Shown one piece after another: positions 26,023 through 35,349 of a stretch of 51,275 bases of DNA. The DNA is from Xanthomonas sp. (lineage in GTDB: Bacteria > Pseudomonadota > Gammaproteobacteria > Xanthomonadales > SZUA-5). The stretch lies in assembly GCA_020693165.1 (NCBI GenBank), contig JAIMJQ010000007.1:1-51275 (forward strand). The letters are read 5' to 3'. The translations under genes were made by a program, and so were the position numbers. The notes under the pieces were generated by a model that saw only the letters and a list, made by a program, of their open reading frames with translations, searched no databases and had not been told where the DNA came from. Each line of letters begins with the position of its first letter. The first letter of the stretch is position 1.

Positions 26023-26183
26023 GAATCAGGAAAAAGGAAAAGTCAGGAAAAAGGAAAACGGGGAAGCGGTGTGCGCCAGGTTCCGGGGTAGCTCGCATCG
26101 AACGCTGTGAAGGGCAGAACGGCAGAGGATGCTCGGGCAACCGCTGTTGCCTTCCCCCTTTTCCATTTTCCCTTTTTCCGGCT
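26023..26183. repeat. Palindromic element filling the whole guaA-tadA intergenic region: GGAAAA-rich tandem arms around a divergent core
   Basis: The left arm GAATCAGGAAAAAGGAAAAGTCAGGAAAAAGGAAAACGGGGAAGCGG (26023-26069) is imperfectly complementary to CCGCTGTTGCCTTCCCCCTTTTCCATTTTCCCTTTTTCCGGCTTC (26141-26185). The centre contains CGCATCGAAC, as in the core. Confidence 0.7.
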
Positions 26184-27752
26184 TCATTCCCACTCAATCG
26201 TCGCCGGCGGCTTGCCGGAGATGTCGTAGACCACGCGAGACACGCCGCGCACCTCGTTGACGATGCGATTGGCGACATGGCCGAGGAACTCATGGGGCAG
26301 GTGCGCCCAGTGCGCGGTCATGAAGTCGATGGTCTCGACGGCACGCAGCGCGATCACCGGTTCGTAGGCGCGGGCATCGCCGACGACGCCGACCGAGCGC
26401 ACCGGCAGGTACACGGCGAAAGCCTGGCTGACCTGGTCGTAGAGCGCGTGCTTGCGCAGTTCCTCGATGAAGATGTGGTCGGCGCGCTGCAGCACGTCGA
26501 CCGCCGCGGGCGTGACTTCGCCGAGCACGCGCACCCCGAGGCCGGGGCCGGGGAAGGGATGGCGGTAGACCATTTCGCGCGGCAGGCCGAGGGCGACGCC
26601 GAGGCGCCGGACTTCGTCCTTGAACAGTTCGCGCAGCGGTTCCACCAACTTCATCTGCATGCGCGCGGGCAAGCCGCCGACGTTGTGGTGCGACTTGATC
26701 ACATGCGCCTTGCCGGTTCTCGACCCGGCCGACTCGATCACATCGGGATAGATGGTGCCTTGCGCCAGCCAGCGCGCATTGCCATGGCGCTTGGCTTCTT
26801 CCTCGAAAACCTCGATGAACAGCCGCCCGATCACCTTGCGCTTGGCCTCGGGATCGTCGACCCCAACAAGCGCACCGAGAAAGCGGTCGCGGGCATCGAC
26901 GCGGATCACGTTCAGGTGCATGTGTTCGGCAAACAACGCCATCACCTGGTCGCCTTCCTGGTAGCGCAGCAGGCCGGTGTCGACAAAGATGCACAGCAGT
27001 TGCTGGTCGATCGCGCGATGCAGCAGCGCCGCCACTACCGAGGAGTCGACGCCACCGGACAAGCCGAGCAGCACGTTGTCGCTGCCAACCTGTTCGCGCA
27101 CGCGGGCGATGCCGTCGTCGATGATCCGCTCGGCGGTCCACAGGGTGGCGCAACCGCAAACATCGACGATGAATCGGCGCAGGATGGCCTCGCCATGGCG
27201 GGTGTGGGTGACTTCGGGGTGGAACTGCAGCCCGTACCAGTGGCGCACCTCGTCGGCCATGGCGACGATCGGCACCGTCTGTGTCGATGCCACGCCCTTG
27301 AAGCCCGGTGGGACGCTGACGACGCGGTCGCCGTGACTCATCCACACGTCCAGTGCCGGCTCTTCGTTGTCGCCGGGCAGACCGTCCAGCAATGCGCAGG
27401 AATGGGTCGGCAGCACTGCGGCATGGCCGAACTCGCGCTCGTCGCCGGGGACCACTTCACCGCCGAGCTGCGCTGCCATCGTCTGCATGCCGTAGCAGAT
27501 GCCGAGGATCGGTACGCCAAGGTCGAACACCGCCTGCGGTGCGAGCGGCGAATCGGCCACCGTTACCGATTCCGGGCCGCCCGACAGGATGATGCCGCGC
27601 GGTGCGAAGCCGGCGATCTCGGACGGGTCGTGGTCCCAGGCCCAGATCTCGCAATAAACGCCGATCTCGCGGATGCGGCGCGCGATCAGCTGCGTGTACT
27701 GCGAGCCGAAATCGAGGATCAGGATACGGTTCTGGTGGATGTTGAGGGTCAT
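26184..27752 (-). CDS. guaA: GMP synthase (glutamine-hydrolysing)
   Basis: 522 aa from the ATG at 27752 ([26 protein letters not shown]). PP-loop SGGVDSSV and C-terminal IEWE. Confidence 0.95.
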   Translation of the reverse strand: MTLNIHQNRILILDFGSQYTQLIARRIREIGVYCEIWAWDHDPSEIAGFAPRGIILSGGPESVTVADSPLAPQAVFDLGVPILGICYGMQTMAAQLGGEVVPGDEREFGHAAVLPTHSCALLDGLPGDNEEPALDVWMSHGDRVVSVPPGFKGVASTQTVPIVAMADEVRHWYGLQFHPEVTHTRHGEAILRRFIVDVCGCATLWTAERIIDDGIARVREQVGSDNVLLGLSGGVDSSVVAALLHRAIDQQLLCIFVDTGLLRYQEGDQVMALFAEHMHLNVIRVDARDRFLGALVGVDDPEAKRKVIGRLFIEVFEEEAKRHGNARWLAQGTIYPDVIESAGSRTGKAHVIKSHHNVGGLPARMQMKLVEPLRELFKDEVRRLGVALGLPREMVYRHPFPGPGLGVRVLGEVTPAAVDVLQRADHIFIEELRKHALYDQVSQAFAVYLPVRSVGVVGDARAYEPVIALRAVETIDFMTAHWAHLPHEFLGHVANRIVNEVRGVSRVVYDISGKPPATIEWE

Positions 27753-28261
27753 GAACGTCGATCCTTGAAGCGGGTGCCGAAACAGCTTGAGAGAAAGAAC
27801 GCCAGCGGCAGCGCCAGGCGCGAATCGGGACTCAGCGTGAAACGACCCTGTTCGCCGCCGCGGAACAGCCATTCGAGCTGGATGCCGGCAGACGAGGGCG
27901 ACAGCGCAACGCTGGTCACCGCGTCGGTCGGAAAGCGCGCCAACAGCTTCGGCACGATGCGCGGCGCAAAGCACATCAGCATATCGCCGCGCAGCAGCAT
28001 CAGCGGCAGCGGTCGGCGTCGGCGCCACCAGGTCGCAGCAAGGCTGCCGATACCGGATCCTGCGATCAGCGCCAGCGAGGTCTGCATGCGCTGCTGCAGC
28101 GACATCGGCAGCAACGCGATCAGGCCTACGCCGACCATGCAGATGGCGACCATCAGCCACTGCTCGGAGCGCCGCTCCCGCGTGTAGACGCCGTCCGCGT
28201 CGGCAACGTACGGACCCGATTCCACCGACTGCGGCCCCGCATCGGGAGCGTCCTGTGACAT
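27749..28261 (-). CDS. hypothetical small membrane protein between guaB and guaA
   Basis: 170 aa from the ATG at 28261 (MSQDAPD...). Two hydrophobic segments ([35 protein letters not shown]). Its stop overlaps the guaA ATG (ATGA), and its start is 2 nt after the guaB stop. No family recognised. Confidence 0.5.
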   Translation of the reverse strand: MSQDAPDAGPQSVESGPYVADADGVYTRERRSEQWLMVAICMVGVGLIALLPMSLQQRMQTSLALIAGSGIGSLAATWWRRRRPLPLMLLRGDMLMCFAPRIVPKLLARFPTDAVTSVALSPSSAGIQLEWLFRGGEQGRFTLSPDSRLALPLAFFLSSCFGTRFKDRRS

Positions 28262-28262
28262 C

Positions 28263-29720
28263 TCAGTCGAGCCGGTAGTTGGGCGCTTCCTTGGTGATCT
28301 GCACGTCATGGACGTGGCTCTCGCGGACGCCGGCATTGGTCACGCGCACGAAGCTCGGTTCGGTGCGCATCGCCTCGATGGTGGCGCAGCCGACATAACC
28401 CATGGAGGCGCGCAGTCCGCCGATCAACTGGTGGACGATGTTGCGCAGCGGGCCGCGATAGGGCACGCGTCCCTCAATGCCTTCGGGCACCAGCTTGTCG
28501 GCGTCCGAGTCTTCCTGGAAATAGCGGTCCTTGGAGCCGCGCTGCATGGCGCCGAGCGAGCCCATGCCGCGGTAGGACTTGTAACTGCGGCCCTGATACA
28601 GCTCGACTTCGCCGGGCGCTTCTTCGGTACCGCCGAACAAGCCGCCGATCATCACGCAGTGCGCGCCGGCGACCAGCGCCTTGGCCACGTCGCCCGAGTA
28701 GCGGATGCCGCCATCGGCAATGATTGCCGCGCCGGTGTCGCCGATCGCCTTGGCGACCATCGATACCGCGGTGATCTGCGGCACGCCGACGCCGGCGATG
28801 ATGCGTGTGGTGCAGATCGATCCGGGACCGACGCCAACCTTGACGCCGTCGGCGCCGACATCGACCAGCGCGCGCGCCGCGTCTCCGGTGGTGATGTTGC
28901 CGCCGACCACCTGGATCTGCGGAAAGCTGCGCTTGACCCATTGCACGCGGTCGATCACGCCCTGCGAGTGGCCGTGAGCGGTGTCGACGACCAGCACGTC
29001 GACGCCGGCTTCCACCAGCGCCGCGACGCGGGCCTCGGTGTCGCCGCCGACGCCAACCGCAGCGCCGACGCGCAGGCGCTCCTGCGCATCCTTGCAGGCA
29101 TTCGGGTTGTCGCGAGCCTTCTGGATATCCTTCACCGTGATCATGCCGCGCAACTGGAACTGGTCGTTGACCACCAGCACCTTCTCGATGCGGTACTCGT
29201 GCAGCAGCGCCAGTACTTCGTCGTCGCTGGCGCCTTCGCGCACGGTGATCAGGCGCTCTTTCGGCGTCATGATCAGGCGCACCGGCTCGTCGAGACGCGT
29301 CTCGAAGCGCAAATCGCGGCTGGTGACGATGCCGACCAGATCCGGGCCGTCGACCACCGGGACGCCGGAGATCTGCAGCTTGCGCGTCAGTTGCATGACC
29401 TCGCGGATGCTGGTCTCAGGCCGTACCGTGATCGGGTCGCGGATGACGCCGGCTTCGTATTTCTTGACGTTGCGCACCTCGGCGACCTGCTGGTCGATGC
29501 TCATGTTCTTGTGCACGATGCCGAGGCCGCCCATCTGCGCCATGGCGATCGCCAGGCGCGACTCGGTGACCGTGTCCATCGCCGCCGAGACGATCGGGAT
29601 GTTGAGCTTCAGCTGGCTGGCGAAGCGCGTGGCGAGACTGACGTCGCGCGGCAGCACGTTGGAATAAGCCGGAACCAGCGAGACGTCATCGAAAGTGAGC
29701 GCCTCAGCCACAATACGCAT
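28263..29720 (-). CDS. guaB: IMP dehydrogenase
   Basis: 485 aa from the ATG at 29720 ([17 protein letters not shown]). CBS pair, catalytic loop [11 protein letters not shown] and GGIRYSGD. Confidence 0.95.
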   Translation of the reverse strand: MRIVAEALTFDDVSLVPAYSNVLPRDVSLATRFASQLKLNIPIVSAAMDTVTESRLAIAMAQMGGLGIVHKNMSIDQQVAEVRNVKKYEAGVIRDPITVRPETSIREVMQLTRKLQISGVPVVDGPDLVGIVTSRDLRFETRLDEPVRLIMTPKERLITVREGASDDEVLALLHEYRIEKVLVVNDQFQLRGMITVKDIQKARDNPNACKDAQERLRVGAAVGVGGDTEARVAALVEAGVDVLVVDTAHGHSQGVIDRVQWVKRSFPQIQVVGGNITTGDAARALVDVGADGVKVGVGPGSICTTRIIAGVGVPQITAVSMVAKAIGDTGAAIIADGGIRYSGDVAKALVAGAHCVMIGGLFGGTEEAPGEVELYQGRSYKSYRGMGSLGAMQRGSKDRYFQEDSDADKLVPEGIEGRVPYRGPLRNIVHQLIGGLRASMGYVGCATIEAMRTEPSFVRVTNAGVRESHVHDVQITKEAPNYRLD

Positions 29721-29833
29721 GGGGAATGCCTCAGGTGTCGCGAGGCGCGCCATTATAGCTGCTGTCGAGGCGGCGCTTTTGCGGGCGGATGGACGCGCTA
29801 TCCTTTGCGCACATGCGCCAGCAGCCACGCCCC

Positions 29834-30403
29834 ATGGCCGACCAGGCAAGCAAGACCCAGTTGAGTATCGACGCCTACCTCGACGGCGAGCGAACAAGCC
29901 CGATCAAGCACGAATACGCAGCCGGCCATGTGTTCGCGATCGCCGGCGCCAGCGAGCGGCATAACAAGATTGCCGGGAATCTCTAAGCGCACCTGCACCG
30001 TGCCACCCGCAAGTCCGAATGCGTTGCCTTCATCAGCGACATGAGCGTACGCATCGATCAGGTCGTCTACTACCCCGATCTGATGGCTTGTTGCGACCCG
30101 GCCGACAACGATCCTTACCTGAAGCACTCGCCGTGCCTGGTCATCGAAGTGCTCAGCGAGTCCACCGAACGCATCGATCGCGGCGAGAAACTGCACAACT
30201 ATCGCCAGATCTGCAGTCTGCAGGCCTACGTTCTGGTCGCCCAGGACACCCGACGGATCGAAATCTACCGACGCACCAGCGGCCCGCACTGGCAGTTCGA
30301 AAGCTGCAGCGCTGCCGACGACCCGATCGACCTTCCGTGCGCATCCAGCCAGATCACGCTGGCGGAAATCTACGAGCGCATCGAGTTTCCGGCTGGCATG
30401 TAG
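29834..30403 (+). pseudogene. Uma2-family (DUF820) putative endonuclease interrupted by one in-frame TAA
   Basis: Track ORFs 29789..29986 and 30041..30403 are in the same frame and are separated only by the TAA at 29984-29986. Joined, they give about 189 aa with Uma2-like features (KHEYAAGHVFAIAGASERHNKIAGNL / YYPDLMACC...VIEVLSEST). Confidence 0.65.
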
Positions 30404-30460
30404 CTGGGATCCGAGTTGTCAAACCGCCCCCAGCGCTCTAACATGCGCGGCTCTCTACGT

Positions 30461-30536
<76 letters not shown>

Positions 30537-30561
30537 ATGGAAACAAAGACCTGGAACACAC

Positions 30562-30586
30562 AGACGGCCGTCTAGACGGCCGTTTG
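30562..30586 (+). terminator. Hairpin after tRNA-Thr (ACGGCCGT-CTAG-ACGGCCGT followed by TTG)
   Basis: 8-bp GC-rich stem (30564-30571 / 30576-30583), 4-nt loop, short T tract. Confidence 0.45.
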
Positions 30587-31058
30587 CTGATGGCGGGTCG
30601 GCAATAGGTCGGTGGCCCGCTGCATTTGACCCCCGCGTCGACAGCGAGACCTGCTCGCTGCGGTGCCATCGATACGAAGACTTGAACTCCGTGCCCGCTG
30701 GAATGGTGGCGATGCCTTCACCAACGCCTCCGCGAGTTTCAGCGCAGCGTCGGATTGCGGGTGGAAGATTGGATCAGCGGGAAACTGTGAACCAGGACGT
30801 CGCGCCTGGCTTCGTCGCCCTTGCGGGGCGCCGAAAATTCGGCCGGCGCGAGGGGCAGCTTCGCCCGCGCTGCGCGGGCTGACTCGTGGCGGACCGGCAA
30901 CGCCGGGAATCCGCGCGCCACAACAATGTTCTCACCGCACCGCGATGTGGTCCTCACTTCAATGAAGACGACCACGACGCCATTGCGACGTCGCGTCCAT
31001 GCGCGCAGGCGCAACTTTGCTCCGACAGCGCAATACCGCGCTTTGATCGGAGTACGAG

Positions 31059-31550
31059 ATGAACAAGTTGGCTCTCTTCTGTGCGGCGGCGTTGGCTTTT
31101 TCGCCGATCACGTTTGCTGCACATCACGAGGAAAAGGCGACTCAAAATGTGGTTGAGATCGCCGCGAGCAACCCGGATTTTTCCACCCTGGTGACGGCCG
31201 TCAAAGCCGCTGGCCTGGCGCAGACCCTGAGCGGCACCGGTCCGTTCACGGTGTTCGCACCGACCAATGCCGCCTTCGCCAAGCTGCCGGCGGGAACGGT
31301 CGAGAATCTGCTGAAACCGGAAAACAAGGACCAGCTGGTCAGCATCCTGACCTATCACGTGGTGGCGGCGAAGGTGACTGCGGCGGACGTCGTCAAGCTC
31401 GACACCGCGACCACGGTCCAGGGCGGCGTAGCCGACATTACCGTGAGCGGCGACAAGGTGATGATCGACAATGCGAATGTGGTCAAGACCGACATCATGG
31501 GTAGCAACGGCGTCATCCATGTCATCGACACGGTGCTCATGCCGAAGTAA
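31059..31550 (+). CDS. secreted fasciclin (FAS1) domain protein
   Basis: 163 aa with a signal peptide (MNKLALFCAAALAFSPITFA). FAS1 motifs FTVFAPTNAAF and NGVIHVIDTVLMP. Confidence 0.85.
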   Translation: MNKLALFCAAALAFSPITFAAHHEEKATQNVVEIAASNPDFSTLVTAVKAAGLAQTLSGTGPFTVFAPTNAAFAKLPAGTVENLLKPENKDQLVSILTYHVVAAKVTAADVVKLDTATTVQGGVADITVSGDKVMIDNANVVKTDIMGSNGVIHVIDTVLMPK

Positions 31551-31564
31551 TCGGTAGTAGCGAG

Positions 31565-31591
31565 CGCGCGGCGGCGCAAGGCCGTCGCGCG
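31565..31591. terminator. Possible bidirectional terminator hairpin between the convergent fasciclin and DUF4124-like genes
   Basis: CGCGCGGCGGC-GCAAG-GCCGTCGCGCG: an 11-bp stem with one mismatch and no clear U tract. Confidence 0.3.
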
Positions 31592-31628
31592 ATTCGTGTC
31601 TGGCGTGCCGAGCACGCCGCTTTCGCGC

Positions 31629-32276
31629 CTATCGTTCTTCGGGCACGCTGTCCTGCTCGAGCTCCGCCTTCGCCTTGTCAGCTGCCGCGCGCTCCGCTGC
31701 AGCCTTCTCTGCCGCCGCTTTCTCTGCGGCTGCTTCCTCCGCGGCGCGCTTCGCCTCCGCGCGCTGGGTCCCGGCTTCGGCTTGGCGCTTTTCCTCAGCT
31801 TCGATCTCGACCTGGCAGCGTTCGCGAGCGACGGCCGATTCATCGCTCTGCGCCGCCTCCAGCTTCACGCGTTCTTGTTCCAGCGCCGGGATGCGGCGCC
31901 GCAGGTCGGTGTCGTAGGTCGATCCGCGGACCCGATAGTCCACGCCTCTGATCTGTTCCTCGACGCGCGCAATCTGGTCCGCAATGCGGCGATATTGCGC
32001 AGCGTAGTCGTTCTCGATGGCGTTGATGCGCGCGTCGCAGCGGCGACGCACATCATTCATCCGCACGAACTCGCTCTGCTCGGCCAGCGCATCGCGGGAT
32101 CCGGCGGTATCAGCGCCGGTCGTGATGAGGGTTTCGATCTTCTCCGGGTCAGTCGAGCAGGGTTGCTCCGAGTAGACGATGGTCCCGCTGGCATCGACGC
32201 ATTTGTAGACGGTCTGCGCCGCCAACAGGGCAGGCGCCGCCAGCGGGCAAAGCAGCAGGTAGGCAAGCTTGCGCAT
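31629..32276 (-). CDS. DUF4124-like secreted protein with an Ala/Glu/Lys-rich coiled C-terminus
   Basis: 215 aa from the ATG at 32276 (MRKLAYLLLCPLAAPALLAAQTVYKCVDASGTIVYSEQPC, typical of the DUF4124 start). C-terminal AEKAAAEKAAAERAAADKAKAE. Confidence 0.6.
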   Translation of the reverse strand: MRKLAYLLLCPLAAPALLAAQTVYKCVDASGTIVYSEQPCSTDPEKIETLITTGADTAGSRDALAEQSEFVRMNDVRRRCDARINAIENDYAAQYRRIADQIARVEEQIRGVDYRVRGSTYDTDLRRRIPALEQERVKLEAAQSDESAVARERCQVEIEAEEKRQAEAGTQRAEAKRAAEEAAAEKAAAEKAAAERAAADKAKAELEQDSVPEER

Positions 32277-32403
32277 GAACGTCGCCCTCAATTGGCTACC
32301 ACCGATTTTCGCATCATCGGCTCGCCAGAGATATCGGTAGCCGGGCCCGGTTTGCGGCCATGGCCCGGCGGTCGACGCCCGGACGTGCACGTTGTCGCGG
32401 CGA

Positions 32404-34614
32404 TCATTCCGATTCGCCGGGCCCCGGCAGTATGTCGTCGTTGGGGAAGGCGCGATCCCTGAGCAGCGCGTCGATCTTCGCGTCGCGACCGCGAAAGGCG
32501 CGGTAAGCCTCGGCGGGATCGACCTTGTTGCGCGCCGCGAAAAGGTTGTCGACCATGCTTCTGGCGAGTTCCTTGTCATAGAAGCCGCCCGGCGCCTCGG
32601 CGAAGGCTTCGGTTGCGTCGGCGGTCAGCACCTCCGCCCACAGATAGCCGTAGTAGCCGGCGGCGTAGCCTTCGCCCGAGAACACGTGGGAGAAATGCGG
32701 TGTGCGATGACGCATCACGACCTCAGATGGCATGCCCATCGCCGCCAGTGTGTCGCGTTCGAAGGCATCCGGATCGAGGCCCTTCGGATCGACCATGTGC
32801 AGCTTGAGGTCGATCATCGCGCTGGCGAGATACTCGGTGGTGCCGAAGCCCTGGTTGAAACTCGCCGACTGCTTGAGTTTGTCGATCAGTTCGGCCGGCA
32901 TCGGCTCGCCGGTTTCGACGTGGCGGAAGAACTTGCCGACCACCGGTTCGGTGAACAGCCAGCGCTCCAGCAGTTGCGACTGGAACTCGGTGTAGTCACG
33001 CACACCCCAGTTCTGGCTCGGGTACTCGACGGTCGACGACAGCGAGTGCAGCGCGTGGCCGAACTCGTGGAAGAAGGTAGTGGCGTCGTCCCACGACACC
33101 AGCACCGGCTCGCCGGGCGCGCCCTTGATGAAGTTCGAGTTGTTGCTGGAGAGCACGCTCGGTTCGCCATGCAGCAGATCGTGATTGCGATAGCTCGATG
33201 CCCATGCGCCGGAGCGCTTGCCGGGACGTGCGAACGGGTCGAGGTACCAAAGGCCGACCCGCTTGCCGTTGCTGCGGCGCTTGACCTCCCAGACCTTCAC
33301 GTCGGGGTGGAACACCGGCACGCTGCCCTCGGGCACCGGGGTGAAGTCGAAGTCGAACAGTTCGCCGGCCACAAAGAACATCGCCAGCGTCAGCTGGTCG
33401 AGATTGAGGTACTTCTTGACCGCCTCGCTGTCGTAGGCGTAGCGCGCGGTGCGCACCTTCTCGGCGTAGTAGCGATAGTCCCACGGCTCGATCTTGATGC
33501 CGGCGCCCTCGGCGTCGGCGATCTTCTGCATGTCGGCGACCTCTTCCTTGACGCGCGCGATCGCCGCCGGCCACACCGACTCCATCAGCGCGAAAGCCGC
33601 CTCGGGGGTCTTCGCCATGCGGTCCTGCAGGCGCCAGGCGGCATAGTTGTCATAGCCGAGCAGGCGCGAGCGCTCATGGCGCAATTCCAGAATCTGGGTG
33701 ATCAGCGCGTTGTTGTCGCGGGCGTCGCCGTTGTCGCCGCGGCTGTAATAGGTGCGCCAGACCTTCTCGCGCAGATCCCTCTCGGTCGAGTAGGTCAGGA
33801 ACGGGTCCATCGACGAGCGCGTGTTCAGTACCGCGTACTTGCCGGGCTGGTCCTTGCTTGCGGCCAGTGCGGCTGCGGCTTTGGTGAAGGACGCTGGCAG
33901 GCCACCGAGCTGGGTTTCGTCGAGATAGGTGACATAGCCCTCCTCGTCGGCCAACACGTTGTTGGAATACGTGGTGTAGAGGCCGGCCAGCTCCTTGTTG
34001 ATCGCCGCGTAGCGTGCGCGGGCGTCACCGGTCAGTTGGGCGCCATTGCTGCGGAAAAAGTCGTAGGTGACCTGCACCAGGCGCTGCTGGTCCGGGCGCA
34101 GCGTGGCGAACTCGGCGCCGTTGCGTACCGCCTCGATGCGCGCGAACAGTTTCTCGTTCTGCATCATCCTGGTCTGGTAATCGGCGTACATCGGCGTGAC
34201 TTCGCCCTGGACTGCGCGGAACTCCTCGTTCGAGAGGTTGCCGACGTAGATGCCGAAAAAGACCTGCGCGCGGTAGACCAGATCACCGGAGCGCTCCATC
34301 GCGACCAGCGTGTTCTCGAAAGTTGCGGGTTCATTCTGGTTGGCGATGTCATCGAGCTGCTTCAGGTGCGCAGCCATCGCAGATTCCATCGCCGGCTTGA
34401 TCAGGTTGACCTGCATCTGGTCAAACGGCGGAACGCCGCCGTAGGGACCGCTCCACGGCGCCAACAGCGGGTTCTCGGCGGTCGCGGCAGCGGTCGTCGG
34501 GTCGGCTGCGGCGGGTTCGCGTGCCGCAGCCGTATCGGGCGATGAGCGCTCGGCGCAGCCCGTCAGAGCGGTCAGCGCAAACGCTAGTGCGGTGGGTAGC
34601 AGGGCAGGGCGCAT
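32404..34614 (-). CDS. dcp: peptidyl-dipeptidase Dcp (M3 family zinc metallopeptidase), lipoprotein-type signal
   Basis: 736 aa from the ATG at 34614 (MRPALLPTALAFALTALTGC). Zinc motif FHEFGHALH. Confidence 0.85.
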   Translation of the reverse strand: MRPALLPTALAFALTALTGCAERSSPDTAAAREPAAADPTTAAATAENPLLAPWSGPYGGVPPFDQMQVNLIKPAMESAMAAHLKQLDDIANQNEPATFENTLVAMERSGDLVYRAQVFFGIYVGNLSNEEFRAVQGEVTPMYADYQTRMMQNEKLFARIEAVRNGAEFATLRPDQQRLVQVTYDFFRSNGAQLTGDARARYAAINKELAGLYTTYSNNVLADEEGYVTYLDETQLGGLPASFTKAAAALAASKDQPGKYAVLNTRSSMDPFLTYSTERDLREKVWRTYYSRGDNGDARDNNALITQILELRHERSRLLGYDNYAAWRLQDRMAKTPEAAFALMESVWPAAIARVKEEVADMQKIADAEGAGIKIEPWDYRYYAEKVRTARYAYDSEAVKKYLNLDQLTLAMFFVAGELFDFDFTPVPEGSVPVFHPDVKVWEVKRRSNGKRVGLWYLDPFARPGKRSGAWASSYRNHDLLHGEPSVLSSNNSNFIKGAPGEPVLVSWDDATTFFHEFGHALHSLSSTVEYPSQNWGVRDYTEFQSQLLERWLFTEPVVGKFFRHVETGEPMPAELIDKLKQSASFNQGFGTTEYLASAMIDLKLHMVDPKGLDPDAFERDTLAAMGMPSEVVMRHRTPHFSHVFSGEGYAAGYYGYLWAEVLTADATEAFAEAPGGFYDKELARSMVDNLFAARNKVDPAEAYRAFRGRDAKIDALLRDRAFPNDDILPGPGESE

Positions 34615-34810
34615 CGTGGGGACCTCGAAGTGGCGATCAGGATGGCGACGATGGCTGCGTCGCCCGGGAAGGGAGGCGACGTTAGCGATTGTTCCTGCCA
34701 ATTCAAGGGCCAAAGGTCACGGGGTTGCCGGCCCCAGTTCAATGGACGTATGCGGCAAGTCGCTCATTTTGCTAATGATTGCGCCGCGAACGTCAGGCCG
34801 GTGCGTCATT

Positions 34811-34832
34811 GGTCGCGACTGCACGTCGCTCC
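34811..34832. repeat. Single REP of the GGAGCGACGTG..CGCGACC family downstream of pilE
   Basis: GGTCGCGACTGCACGTCGCTCC resembles the right arm at 18547-18569. The pilE stop TAG (34858-34860) is in a GTAG context on the minus strand. Confidence 0.6.
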
Positions 34833-34857
34833 TGCGAACTCGTGGCGGGGCCGGCAA

Positions 34858-35274
34858 CTACCAGCAGCTGCCGTTGGTGGACGCTCCCGAGTAGCTGCGG
34901 CTGCCAACGTTGTTGACGACCAGATTCGCGCACTCGTCGCTTGCTTGCGGGCCCTGCGGGGTCGCGGTCAAGGTGTAGGTCTGTCCATCGGCGGCAACCG
35001 CAACGGCGATGTTGTAGTAGCCGCCCTCAGACAAGGTGGTGCCGAGACCGAGCCCGGCGGCGGTGGTGAGGTCGTCGGAATAGCGATTGCGGTTCGTATA
35101 GAAGCGTTCCTGCGCGGCTGCGATTCGCTGCAGCATCTCGCGAGCATCCGCCCTGCGGCCACGCATCACGTAGTCGCCGTAGGCCGGGTACGCCACGCCA
35201 GCCAGAATGGCGATGATGGCAACCACGATCATCAGTTCGATCAGGGAAAATCCGGCTGCTTTGTTCCGCTTCAT
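34858..35274 (-). CDS. pilE: type IV pilin PilE-like (minor pilin)
   Basis: 138 aa from the ATG at 35274. Prepilin motif [21 protein letters not shown] and C-terminal Cys pair. Confidence 0.8.
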   Translation of the reverse strand: MKRNKAAGFSLIELMIVVAIIAILAGVAYPAYGDYVMRGRRADAREMLQRIAAAQERFYTNRNRYSDDLTTAAGLGLGTTLSEGGYYNIAVAVAADGQTYTLTATPQGPQASDECANLVVNNVGSRSYSGASTNGSCW

Positions 35275-35349
35275 CGATAACCCCTCGCAACAATCCATTG
35301 ACGCTTTGTTCAACGCCGCGGCGGTCGCCCGACCGCCGCGGCTGTCGAC

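Noticed and set aside
26184-28160. N-terminal extensions of many track ORFs: guaA 658 aa, guaB 544 aa, HMG-CoA lyase 364 aa, tesB 363 aa, trmJ 427 aa, kmo 695 aa, dcp 769 aa, metX 424 aa and FG-GAP 919 aa.
   Set aside because: The extensions are low-complexity Arg/Ala-rich, overlap upstream genes or repeats, and precede an internal ATG that reproduces the canonical N-terminus of each family. The shorter coordinates were used.
30663-31014. ORFs 30663..30965 (+) and 30739..31014 (-) downstream of tRNA-Thr, considered as possible island genes or an integrase remnant.
   Set aside because: They are mutually overlapping, with non-protein-like composition and no integrase or phage motifs. No repeat of the tRNA 3' end was found. 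Left as unannotated spacer and reported only as a low-interest finding.
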